A stretch of DNA of 64,000 bases, from assembly GCF_006345805.1 (NCBI RefSeq), contig NC_043004.1, forward strand, positions 1,798,001-1,862,000, in the 5' to 3' direction. Below, in pieces: positions 1-12,340 of the stretch. This DNA comes from Octopus sinensis (lineage: Eukaryota). The notes under the pieces are model-generated. The model did not search any database. It saw nothing but the letters and a program-made list of their open reading frames with translations, and was not told where the DNA came from. Each line of letters opens with the position of its first letter. The first letter of the stretch is position 1. The translations under genes were made by a program, and so were the position numbers.

Positions 1-850
1 CAAAAGAAACTTGAAAATAATTAATGAAATATTTTTTTCAATAAATGACATAGAATTTTTTTTGATTTAATTTTCAACTTCTGTTGAAATAGAGGTCGAT
101 TCCACTTGAGAAGTGACAATATCATTGATGTTTTTTCCCAAATATTGTAACAACCTCTCTGCAAGCGTCCCTTCAAGTAATATCCTGTAATTATATACGT
201 TTTCTATAAATAGCGCTTTCTCCATTGTGGAATTATTTTCTGCCTTTAGAGGGAATTGTTTTCTTATCCGCATTATTTTTCAATATCAATCTGCTAAATC
301 CAAAAGGATCGGTTTAATTTTTGTAAGCTATATAACAGAAGGAAAAAATGGAAACCGAAGTCCATTGTAGCATGAATAGCAGCCTATCTTTAAGATTTTC
401 TTTGAAGTTGATGAGATACAAGACAAACGTTTGCACTATAGGGGAGATCAATCGTATGCAAAGACAAACCTACGTTTTGCATGAAAGCTCAAGTTTTCTT
501 TGTCACTTCTCTAAAATAGTCAACAATACGAATAAAACTCCAGCATTTTAAAGAAAATAGAATTATCGGGCGTTTCTAATTAAGATGGGAACTTTCAGAT
601 AGTAACTGTTCAATGGATCTAGAGAAAATCTCTTGTGAATAAGTGTTTGATGTGCCAATAACTTTCTCGTACAGAGTGTTATGCAGTTTAAGATACGTCG
701 GGAGATATTTTAACTTGTGCTGCAGATCTAAGAGAGGAGGGATACGCAAAGGGAAAGCGGACTTAGATCGTGTAAATGAGTATTTACTGAGAAAGAGTGA
801 TTTAACATACTGAAACCAAAGTACTTACGTCAATCAATACAGGTAACAAC

Positions 851-855
<5 letters not shown>

Positions 856-886
<31 letters not shown>

Positions 887-909
887 TAATAATAATAATA
901 ATAATAATA

Positions 910-971
<62 letters not shown>

Positions 972-1008
972 AATAATAATGATAATAATAATAATAATAA
1001 TAATAATG

Positions 1009-1050
<42 letters not shown>

Positions 1051-1146
1051 GTGATGATGATAATAATAATAATGATAATAATAATAATAATAATAATAAT
1101 GATAATAATGATAATAATAATAATAATAATAATAATAATGGTGATG

Positions 1147-1199
<53 letters not shown>
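856..1199 (+). repeat. Compound (AAT)n/(GAT)n trinucleotide microsatellite
   Basis: Continuous AAT and GAT runs; source of the poly-I/poly-M ORFs. Confidence 0.95.
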
Positions 1200-1203
<4 letters not shown>

Positions 1204-1756
1204 GCCCTGATGCAGTACCAGGCAGTGGCTCTCATGGCTTCTGATCTTAACTGATTGGAAGTGTTATCATGTACATTGTTTTGTCTTGGTATAAAAGATG
1301 GGCTACAGCAAATATTCTGCTCAATACCACAGATTGCTTGTCAGTTGTTTGACCTTAACCAGTTGAGCATGTCCCTTAGTGGCTGACGATATGTGCATCT
1401 CTGATCACGAGCAGAAGTAGTGGGGGAGCATCATAGCCATGTGTTGAGAGGGATGCTTTGGGGTTTGAATAGTTCACCTCTGGAAACATGGGTGGTTCTT
1501 TCAACATCCTTAAACAACCCTTATTCGGGGACCGTTTGAGCGGGATGGGCTACTCAACCTGAAGAAAATTCAAACTGGGCCCCACCTGCAAGGTCATGTG
1601 CTGTTTATCTTGATATGAGATCACCATGTCGCGCACATATGGTTGTGATGCATGTGCCTGGTGTACCTTTATCAGACGGGTAGTCATGATGGGTATATTG
1701 GGCTTCGTATATTTTACCCCAGTGTCACTTTGATGGCATGAACTGCTCTCTCACTC
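1200..1756 (+). mobile_element. ~560-bp non-coding interspersed repeat embedded in (AAT)n arrays (non-autonomous retroelement-like)
   Basis: Flanked by (AAT)n on both sides. Homologous copies lie at 29310-29542 (-), 29557-30185 (-) and ~51600-51798 (+). No ORF. Confidence 0.8.
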
Positions 1757-1808
1757 AATAATAATAATAATAATAATAATGGTGATGATGATGATAATAA
1801 TAATAATG

Positions 1809-1839
<31 letters not shown>

Positions 1840-2369
1840 TGATAATATGATATTAGAAAATAAATCGCCGTCGTTTCGGTGACGAGTATTCAGTTTTCCT
1901 ATTGTGTAATTGACTGAATATTTCCACAAACTGTTATCAGACATAATCGGCGTAAACCAGTTTAACATGGCTGGGCCATTAGAAATCTAAACTAAGAGCT
2001 TCAGTATAGTTTCTCTCAAACCAGTTTCACTGACAAGAATTGAGTTGATCCGAGGTGACAGTAAAAGGATACTTGAACGAACGGTGAAAGTAAAATGAAA
2101 CCCGACACATTCTTTAATATCACGAATGGCCTTTTAATTGCGGAGAATTAAATGTTTGAAATTATGTCCCCTTATAATTCAGTCGGTTATGCTCGTTATC
2201 TCATTTGATTGGCATTTGGAACCAACTTATTTACCTTCCTCCCAAAGCGAACGTAATTTCGATAAAGAATATATCTTGTATACATGTAGTATACCTGTCT
2301 TCTTTATACGCGCATACTTACACACTCATACATACATACATACATACATACATACATACATACATACAT

Positions 2370-2638
2370 GCATTATTGGATCACTAGGTTTTGTTAGTAA
2401 ATGCTTAAAGAGGAATCTGGATAAGCTGGGATTTTCAGAAAGGGAAATTGACTGGCTGATTCGTATATTACAAGTGCAATCTGTGAGTGGAACAGTAAAA
2501 ATATGCAAGCCTTTTCTTAAGTTCCAATTTGTGAATTTGTCTGCGTTAACTACATCCCAAAGATGGAGCCTGGTATCTTTGTTGGAAATCAGAACCCTCC
2601 TCAGTGGAAAATTTATAAGAATTAAAAAATATAAGAGA
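2370..2638 (+). mobile_element. 3' end of a REL-type non-LTR retrotransposon inserted in (TACA)n
   Basis: Translates as IIGSLGFVSKCLKRNLDKLGFSEREIDWLIRILQVQSVSGTVKICK, resembling the C-terminal I/V-G-A-L-G region of restriction-like-endonuclease LINEs. (ATAC)n lies on both sides. A second 3'-end copy is at 8678-8764. Confidence 0.65.
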
Positions 2639-4974
2639 CATACATACATACATACATGTGTGCGTGCATTAATGAATATATTGTATATTAGTCTAAATAT
2701 ATCACTTATTCTCACTCAATCTCTTACATGTGGGTGTGTGTGCACGCTTGTATGTATGTATAATCGCATTTCATGTTTGTCAAAATATATTTTATTCCTT
2801 TCTCTCACTCAATCACCCACGTTCAGTCTGTGTGTGCATGTGCGTGAGATTGTGCGTTTGTAACCGTGTACAGGTGCAAACCGCTGTCTGTGTGTTAGTA
2901 AATAATATGTTAGAGCTATGAAGATGAGTTAATCCCACACTTTATAAATACAACATCTTCGTCTTTATATGGAAGGAATCTGCCGGTATTGCAAATAATT
3001 AGCCCCCACCGGTTCAGTCGAGAGTCGCCAACATTACTTTTTCTACCACTCCACACACACACACACACGAAGACAAGCACGCACTTACGCAGACGCACGC
3101 ATACATACACACAAACAAATAAAACCGCATATGTTTTCATATGTCAGTGTATGTTCTACTTGCTAAGTAGAAAGGAGCACACCAGCAATAATATAGCAGT
3201 GATGATAGTAAAAGTGGTTTGTCTAATTGATTGACTGTTTAACATTTATGAGGCATACGTCCAATATTTTATTTTAATAACATAAAAGATCCTGTGTTGA
3301 TCAGGCCTTTTTTGGCACCGAACAGTTTTACTCGACAACTGTTTGCAACAGGCCCAAATAAAAGAAAGAGCATAACCAATCAATATCTACGAAGATATTG
3401 CTGCCAACAACTTGAAACGGGAAACACTGGACGGATTAACAGCGTTTTATTATAAGTGGATATCTTTTTATATTGTTGAATTTTGGTACAGTCATAGAGT
3501 GACCTTTCACAAGTGAAACATTTGCGCTTTGGTACATTTTTATACAGGCGTCAAGAGAAGATTAAATTTAATAACAATATTCGGGTGACGATTTCGGAAG
3601 ATAGAGTAAAACACTGCTCATTTTTCACTCACCAATTTTATAAACAAAATATGTATTTGACCATTTCACTGTCAAAAGCTTGGGGTTGCTGCATTTGCAA
3701 TATTAAATGAACGAGAGATGAATCAATCTAAATCATCCTGGTGAAGATGCCTGGCTTCCTAAAAGTAACTTTCATTGCAGACTAAATGGAAACTACTTAT
3801 TAGATTGTCAGGTCTAGCACTGTTTACAGATGCTAAATATGCCAAAAAGTGTTCCAATCAGTTTCAACTCCTCTAACAACTATATTCATTAACTACTCAA
3901 AGAACGCCACCGTCATGAAAAGGAGATATATTTGTTTAAATATGTTATAAAGTAAGAGCAGTAAAAATTTCATCAAAAAATCTTTACAGAGAATATACAT
4001 CCAAATGCTAGTAACTTTTTTAAACAACATCTTTTTCATATATTTTTTAAATAGCATTCGATTGACTACACGCAAATTCACCCCATTTCTCTGACGATAA
4101 TCATGATTATCAATTTTAGATTTCATTTTGAAAGATGATACATTCATGAAACGATCGTAAGATATTTTAAAATAATTATACTTTATATATTTATGTATCT
4201 ATCTTTTAATGTAATATTATTTTGGACGTATATCTTCTGTGAAGATTTTCTGATGTTATTTTTCCTGCTCTTACTTTATAATATATAATCGCTTTTATTA
4301 AATGTCTAAATACCTTTAAAGTTTTAGACATTTCCCTACCAAGAGCACTTATTCGAAATTCAGTATTTGTATTCTCATTGGATATATTCGATTAAATATA
4401 TATATTTGTTTAAATATATTAATTTTCCACATCCATTTGTATACAATATTGTACATCAAATTAGAAGTTTCTGGTTGCTTGCAAGACTCTGTCTTCAGAA
4501 ATGTTATCTGTATATTTTAGCTTTTAATCCCCTAAAAATGTATGAAATTGTTTGCAGTATTTACCGAAATGATTTTTGAGATTATGTGGTATTTTTCTCA
4601 CCAGTCAATTATTTTTAATCAGATTTTAATGTTGACTACTTATGTATGCGTGTACACACTTATATTAACATTGTTATCAATAACTACAGCACATTTAATG
4701 TTGTAGAATGGTAGAATTGGTTTAGGTTCATGGAGCTTCACGTTTCGGATTAGCTTTCCAGTTCGCTGCTGTCACTTTACTTCTGATTGTCATTGATAAA
4801 GACAAAACTGACAAAGTTCATTAGCAATCCGAGTATCTGCTTGTGGATATATTTTCTGCAGTCTGCATTTTAATATCATCATACCAAAAATGTAACTCCT
4901 GTTCAATTATTTGACAACGTATATAGTTTCAGAAATTGAAGGATGCCTTCTAAATATATATATATGTATAGTTA

Positions 4975-5197
4975 ATCCAAACATGAAAACACAAAGAGAA
5001 AACACAACAACTCGAGGACGTGGAACAAGTATAGTGTTATTGGACACTCAGGAAAGGAAACAAAGAAGGAAGATTAAACTTTTCGAGCGGAGATCTACGT
5101 TAAAAACATAGGAAAAGGAAAGATCTAAGGAAGGGAAGACGGAAGAAAGAAAATCGCCAACGATACACACGCGGTCACATATTGAATGACCGGAAGA
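4975..5197 (-). mobile_element. Penelope-like pseudo-LTR remnant with a decayed hammerhead-like hairpin
   Basis: Minus strand 5071-5110 reads TTAACGT-AGATC-TCC-GCTC-GAAA-AGT, a degenerate form of the CTGANGA-(A)GAGC-loop-GCTC-GAAAC-GTH pattern. Confidence 0.35.
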
Positions 5198-5712
5198 AAA
5201 AATATATATATAGATATATAGTCCCTTGAGGTTTATTTAATAAGTTTATGTACAAACGTACTCGCGAACACATTCATACAAATATACCCAATAAGAACTG
5301 GATTTATTTACAATTTTTGTTACTAATCAGATACGGTATTGTTTGATTTGTGATCTATTGCTTTACAAATCGGATACCAAAGTAAATCTATCAACGATTT
5401 ACGTGCATTTCTGCACGCAAATAATATCCCATATGTAGGTGCATGTCAGTGACTGAGTGAGTATATATATATATATATATATCGCAAAATCCCAAATTTT
5501 GGGAGCAACTGCTTCATTGAAAGCGTATATTGTTGTTAAATGCTCGAAATACGAGACTAGAAAGACAGCCAACAACTAATGAAGAGTCGTCTTTTATATT
5601 GTTTGTCTTGTTTTCTATTTGTGTCTTTCGTTATTCGAAAAAAATAGTTCATATTCCATTTACTCATTCTTCGTATTTTTTCATGTGTACACATTTCGTG
5701 ACGTCCTGTACC

Positions 5713-5718
5713 CATATA

Positions 5719-5755
<37 letters not shown>

Positions 5756-5796
5756 GCGTATAGATGTAAGTAACTACATATACGTATGTATATATG

Positions 5797-5840
<44 letters not shown>

Positions 5841-5882
5841 GCGTATAGATGTAAGTAACTACATATACGTATGTATATATGC

Positions 5883-5962
<80 letters not shown>

Positions 5963-6010
5963 ATATATATATATGTATATATATATATAAGATATATATA
6001 TGCATATATA
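5713..6010. repeat. (AT)n tract containing a duplicated ~50-bp unique spacer
   Basis: TAAATGCGTATAGATGTAAGTAACTACATATACGTATGTATATATGC occurs twice (~5751 and ~5836), separated by (AT)n. Confidence 0.9.
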
Positions 6011-6489
6011 AATATGTGTATTTTTCCCTTGTTAACAACACGGAAAAATAGATAAATAGCTACTAGGGTAGCAAATAATCACACAAGTAAAGAGGTTGTA
6101 ACTCATTGTTTTTAAAGGTCGAAACCTCGGGTTTACGTGAAATTTTTTGTATGCATATATATGTTATGTATATATTTATATTCTGTATATAGATATATAT
6201 AAGGCATGTACGTGTGTGTGTGTTTTCAAATATGTACACACACCTATATCCTACACAGATAGAGATCATTACATGAGGTGAGTAGATTTTCATGCGTAGT
6301 GTGTACGAGTGAGTCATGAAAAAATAGGGGAAGAATGTGTGTGAAATATAGTTTGGGGTGTAAATACAGCCTTTGGATTGCCGCTGGTGGAAGAGCAGAG
6401 AGTCAGGCGAACGTCGGATTAGTTTCTTATGAGCTACACACACACACGCATGCGCAAGCGCACACACACACCGGTACACAAACAGGAAA

Positions 6490-6702
6490 ACACACACATA
6501 CATAAATATTTTGGTATATATAGATGCATATCTATATATACATATATCTAGGTATATATCTATGTATATATATATGTATATATATATATATACCTAGATA
6601 TATGTATATATAAATATGTATCTATATATACCAAAATATTTATGTGTATATAAATATATATACGTGTGTATATATATATATATGTATGTGTATATATATA
6701 TG

Positions 6703-6750
<48 letters not shown>

Positions 6751-6825
6751 CATATATATGTATATGCATATATAAATATTTACAAATATTTATATACAAA
6801 AATATATATACAAAAATATATATAC

Positions 6826-6872
<47 letters not shown>

Positions 6873-6900
6873 GGTGTGTGTATACACACACGCACCCATT
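6490..6900. repeat. Degenerate (AT)n/(GT)n microsatellite
   Basis: Direct reading. Confidence 0.9.
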
Positions 6901-7379
6901 CACAGACGTAAAGAAGCATATTAAGTATTTTCTTGATAAATATAAAAAACAGAAATGTATATGTGTGAGGCATTTTTCGAACGTGAATAAATTTCAAAAG
7001 GAAATATCTATACTGAATTCGTTAGTAGCATTTGGCTGGATCTAAGAACCCAATAGCGTGGTAAAGCTAGAAGCAGCAAAGGTCAAAATGACGGCCGTCG
7101 TCTTCGTCATTGACATGTCAATCATAGATAACCCGAAATATTTCTATGCACATAACACATACCTCTCGTCTTCAAAATCCCTGAAAATCCACCGTTCGTC
7201 TCATTGGTTTATATCGACAATTCCCACCAGCAATTCTTTTCTTCCATCAATTAGAATTTTCTCTTCAATCCATAAATTTGTTTCTAGCAAACTGTAGAAA
7301 GTGAAGGTAACAGGTAAAAGGCTAAGCAAAACCTCATCTCACAGCATTTTATTTGGTAACCATTGTTGCTGTATGTTGC

Positions 7380-7615
7380 CAAGATCAATGAGAAAGGAAC
7401 TCCGTAAGGTGGGGTTGCTGCTACAGCGAGTGTCTCTGGCTATTCTCCGTGGCAGTGCCATCATGGTCATGTCCGCAGGGGGTGCTGCTGAACATACCAT
7501 TTGTTCCGGGGTTTACTCCCTCTACCATCATCTTCTGCAGCTTAACCACCTCATTTTATCTTCTTTGTGTCTATGTAACTAAATTGTGACTCAATCTTTA
7601 TACAAAAAAGAAATG
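7380..7615 (+). mobile_element. 3' end of a CRE-like (REL) non-LTR retrotransposon
   Basis: LLQRVSLAILRGSA resembles the C-terminal QR(L/I)S(V/I)A(I/L)xRGNA motif of CRE-clade elements; an A-rich end follows. Confidence 0.55.
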
Positions 7616-7842
7616 CATTAAGATAACAGAAAGAAAAATACTGAAACGTCTCCCGAAAGTAAGAAAAACATTAAAGCTTGCATCACGTTTTTGCGGTGCC
7701 TGTGTAACCTCGAGCAGACATCAACTCTCACCTGACGCTCTCAGACTCCAGAACATTGGCGATGCTACTGCTGAAGGAAAATATTCATACGCTAGATGTT
7801 AGCTGGTGCTAGTTTTTTTTTGTTTTTTTATTTAAATAAGCT

Positions 7843-7955
7843 GGAGCAATGTGAAATGGTGTGTTTTGTTCAATAACACAACGCACTGTTCGATCCAGGA
7901 ATCGACCCCACGAACGTTCAATCAGAAACTAAACGCCCCAACCGACTGCTTACGC
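7843..7955 (-). mobile_element. Decayed tRNA-derived SINE (family C) with a CORE/Meta-like central domain
   Basis: Minus strand has a B-box-like GGGTCGATTCC followed by GCGTTGTGTTATTGAACAAAACAC. Confidence 0.45.
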
Positions 7956-8458
7956 AATTGCAATGGCGACAAATTCAATGGAACATTTTCGCATTCGTCT
8001 CTTTCTCAAGAAAACAATCACTGACACTATACACTCGCATTCTTATGTATGGATATATGTTTAGTTTATAAATCCCGTCCGGCGGTATCAGCTATCAGAT
8101 ACTATCATCTTACGAAAACGGATCGCTTTACAAATGATGTATTTGAATTTTCTGTAAACATCCGTGGAATTTATTTACATTTTAAGAAAGAAACTTAAGA
8201 GAGCTCATATTATTGCATAATTTTACAGCCGTTTCATCGACGCTTTAACAGGGGTTTATACTTTGTTAAATTAAGGTCCATTCAGTACTTCAACTTATAC
8301 ATAAACCCGAAGAGTCGGTATTTTCCAAAACGGAATATTACTGATTCGGTGTATTATTTCGTATATTATATAAACTTCTGGTGAAGCGCCGATGATAATG
8401 AAAGAATTAGGCATTAAAACGAGTTTCCCACTCCATTTTCCTTGTTAGTGTTTACATA

Positions 8459-8476
8459 TCGATAGATAGATAGATC

Positions 8477-8543
<67 letters not shown>

Positions 8544-8676
8544 GATAGAGAGAGAGAGAGAGATAAATAGACAGACAGATAGATAGAGAGACACAGAGAT
8601 AGATAGATAGATAAATAGCTAGATAGATAGATAGATAGATAGAAAGATCGATACATACATACATACATACATACAT
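8459..8676 (+). repeat. (GATA)n/(GA)n/(TACA)n compound microsatellite
   Basis: Direct reading. Confidence 0.95.
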
Positions 8677-8677
8677 A

Positions 8678-8764
8678 TTTACATCACAAAGATAGAGCCT
8701 TGTATCTTTGTTGGAAATCCGCTCCATCCTCAGTCGAAGATTTATAATTTAAAAATAGAAGAGA
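8678..8764 (+). mobile_element. Short 3'-end copy of the (TACA)n-associated element
   Basis: Aligns with ~2551-2638 (..AAAGATxGAGCCTxGTATCTTTGTTGGAAATC..CCTCAGT..AAGAGA); (TACA)n on both sides. Confidence 0.7.
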
Positions 8765-9733
8765 CATACGTACATACATACATTTGTATATATGTATATA
8801 AGCATATAAAAGCATGTCTAGTTATGCATCTATATGCATGAGAATACATACATAAAACAAAACATACAAATCTGCACATATGCATACATAAATGTACACA
8901 TACATATATACATAAGTGGATGCATACATATATACATACATACATAAATTCTATGCCTCTCCTTGATTTTCTAGCTTTTAGATTCATGCGATTACTCCAG
9001 CAACGTTAGGCGTTCTGACATGTCGACACTCAAGAATGATAGTGTAGGAGGGAGACCGTCATTTGGTTTTGATCTAAACTTCATAATTTTTCACGTATTA
9101 TGAAGGATGAATTCTAGTTTTGCTTCTTTTTTTTTTTTTTCGTTTCTATTATCAATTTTATGTGATAATGTATCTGGCTAAATCAAATAATACACAAATA
9201 AAAAATTTAAATCACGTGGGCAAAATACGTATTGTTGAGGAACGTTTGTTTTTAAACTTTAAATTGATGTCCCTTTCATTAGGTTCTACTTACACCAAAG
9301 CGTTGCTGACAGAATCCTGGAGGATTTCACAAGTTTTTGTTACATTCGCTTGTTGTGCGTTTGTTGAATTTTTGAATGAAATATGCTTCTACGGGTAATG
9401 GGAATAACAGAAGTTAAATAAGACTACCTAGAGGAGAAGTTACGATCTTGACAATTGTTGACAACCAAAATGGTGTGAACCTATGCAAGGGATGTTGTTT
9501 CGAAAGTAATACAAATGTGAGGGGATTCTAAATGAATGCAGTCTTCAGAAGAGAATTGTACGATTTGTTGGGGCCGAGAAAGGTGTCAAAAGGTGAGTTG
9601 GGAGTCTTGGAATAACGGACAATAGTAAGGGTACTTGGAGAGCTAATTCTGAAGAGCAGCCGATGTTTTAGTGACTGCAAAAGAAATAAAGAAAACAAAT
9701 TATATATGTATGTACGTATGTATGTGTGTGTAC

Positions 9734-9783
<50 letters not shown>

Positions 9784-9788
<5 letters not shown>

Positions 9789-10021
9789 AATGGAAGAAAT
9801 GGAGTTGAACGAAGATGTACAGAATTCCTTTTATTACATTCTACACATGTTTCAAAGGCCACAATTTTCCAAATTCTGATTAAATAAGGATACCATATTG
9901 CAGCAATATGGTATCCTTATTTAATCAGAATTTGGAAAATTGTGGCCTTTGAAACATGTGTAGAATGTAATAAAAGGAATTCTGTACAATCTTCGTTCAA
10001 CTCCATTTCTTCCATTCACTA
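9784..10021. repeat. 238-bp near-perfect palindrome (arms of 118/119 bp, 1-nt loop)
   Basis: 9784-9901 is the reverse complement of 9903-10021, apart from one single-base indel. Confidence 0.95.
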
Positions 10022-10186
10022 ATTATATTAAACTTCAACTATCCGCACCAACGCACGGTTGCAACACCATATGGTCTTATCTCCAGCCGTGTTTTTTCTG
10101 GTGTGATTTTTGCTACCCAGGTATCGGTTAAACTTTTGAATAATCCGTAACAAGATAATTCATCTTTCCATTTCAACAAATATATA

Positions 10187-10238
<52 letters not shown>

Positions 10239-10254
10239 TATATACATATACATG

Positions 10255-10440
10255 TGGCTGTGTGGTAAGAAGTTGGTATGTATATATATATATACATATA
10301 CATGTGGCTGTGTGGCACCTTGGGTGAGAGCCTTCTACTTTAGCCTCGGGCCGACCAAATACTTGTGAGTGGATTTGATAGAAGGAAGCTAAAAGACGCC
10401 CGTCGTTTGGATATATATGTGTGTGTGTGTGTTTGTGAGG
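10255..10440 (+). mobile_element. tRNA-derived SINE family B, rearranged partial copy
   Basis: GTGGCTGTGTGG head and GGCACCTTGGG..CTCGGGCCGACC..GTGAGTGGATTTG body. Confidence 0.8.
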
Positions 10441-11898
10441 TACATATATACATAATACATACATACATACATACATACATACATACATACATACATACAT
10501 ACATACATACATACATACATACGTACACACGTACGCATACTTGCAGCACAATATTTCAATTCTTTTCATATGCGATTATGCGATTTGATCTAAAAATACT
10601 TGCAGAAAAATAGATGATCGTCCATATATGGACATGTTTGCTTATGTAATTATTTCAGCGTTCTACCATTTTGTTTTTCATCTTTTCACATGAAATGGAG
10701 ACAGTACAGCATAGACATATCTGCAAATGTTATTGTTCCGCAATTGAAATATTTTCATTTTATTCGTAGTTGCATGTGCTTTGGTAAGCGTGACCCCACT
10801 TTGGGAGAACGGTGCAATGGTGTTGTGATCGTGCATATTAATGTGGTGAAAAATAAGTTGATTACGAAACATTTATCAAGGTGGATGTATAAATAGTCGC
10901 CCGTTGGACACTAGGGCACAAACAGCCCTAAACACTCAGACACTTTGCTCTTGTTATTATAATTTTGTTATATATACGATAAAATGGAACGTCGTATTAT
11001 TGTTGTTTTTGCTGAAGAGCAAACGAAACTGCGGTCATCTGGCAGCGTTGTTTTTGTGTGACAACGCGAACAGTTTAGTTACAGCTAGAATGATGTCGGG
11101 GCAACTCCAGCTGATGCCACCTTTAATTTTACGTTAACTGGTCGTCGGATATCACGGCCACTGTGCCCCACTCCCGTGACAAAGACAACGAAGAAGAAGA
11201 GAGAGGAGGGGGCGATGAAGAAGAAATAAAATGAGGTGGTGATGAAGAAGAGGAAAGAAGAGGAAGAGAGAAGACGCAGAAGTCGAAAGGAACAGTGAAA
11301 AAAGCGGCTTCTCTGTGTATATTTGAGATGGGACGGAGATTGAAGATTGAACAGGGGAGAGGGCGGACGGAAAGCTTCAAATAATAAAGCTAGAAAGAAA
11401 GAAAGAAAGAAAAGTGTTATGAAGGTAGTGGTGTGAGTGTGTGTGTGAGAGAGAGTGTGAGAGAAGGAGAGTGACAGAGAGAGACTATAAATGCTTATGT
11501 GTGTATATGTGTATGTTAAACATATATATGTGCTTGAATCTATGGTGTGTGTGTGTGAGTGAAGCTGCGTAGATGTGTGTGTGTGTGTTGGGAAATTATT
11601 AGCTCTGTCTCGTCCCGGGGTTTGTTCCATGTTTGCACGAGAGATTGTTTGTGTATCGATATAGCCCGAACCTTTTTATAATTTGACAAACATACGCAGA
11701 TTGTGGCACACGTGGTGGATAATTGGTCTGACTAAACAAAGTAAGTACGGTAGCCGTGAGGGGAAACAAAAGCACAATTTGTTCGTTTCGAATTCAGTGC
11801 ATTTATAGAATTTCGCCTCTATTATTTTCCCCCGTATTTTGTTAAATTTTGAGGTAGATATAACTGGGATTCACAAATTTATGAAACAATGTTTTTTT

Positions 11899-12086
11899 GG
11901 CGGCTGTGTGGTAAGACGTTTGCTTTCCAGTTGAATGGTTCCGGGTTCAATTCCACTACGTGGTAACTAGGACGAATGCCTTCTACTATAGCCTCGAGTT
12001 GACCAAATCCTTGCGTGTGTATTTGGTAGAGGTGAACTAATTGAAGCCAGTCTCTTTCTCCCTTTCTTTCTCTCTCTCTCTCTCTC

Positions 12087-12125
<39 letters not shown>

Positions 12126-12340
12126 CTACATACATGTGTGTGTTTCTTTCTCCTGCATCACCACTTGACAACCAATGTTAGTGTGTTTACGTCCCCGTAA
12201 CTTACTGCTCTGGTAAAAGAAGACCGATAGGATAAGTACCAGTCTTTAAAATAAGTAATGGTTTCGATTCATTCTGCTAAAAGTTTTTCAAGGTGGTGCT
12301 CCAGTATGGCGGCAGTCTAATGACAAGTAAAAAATAAAAA
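11899..12340 (+). mobile_element. tRNA-derived SINE family B, full length
   Basis: A-box GGCTGTGTGGTAAG, B-box GGGTTCAATTCC, internal microsatellite, and GGTGCTCCAG..CAAGTAAAA tail. Confidence 0.85.

Noticed and set aside
834-1254. Poly-Ile / poly-Met ORFs, and all YI-, CV- and HT-repeat ORFs in the track
   Set aside because: They are translations of microsatellites.
7262-7291. LLETNLWI resemblance to the Cys-loop receptor TTNVWL motif
   Set aside because: The similarity does not extend and no other receptor exons were found.
9429-9674. Strong minus-strand acceptors at ~9674 and ~22592 as coding exons
   Set aside because: All three frames close with stops and the peptides are unrecognisable.
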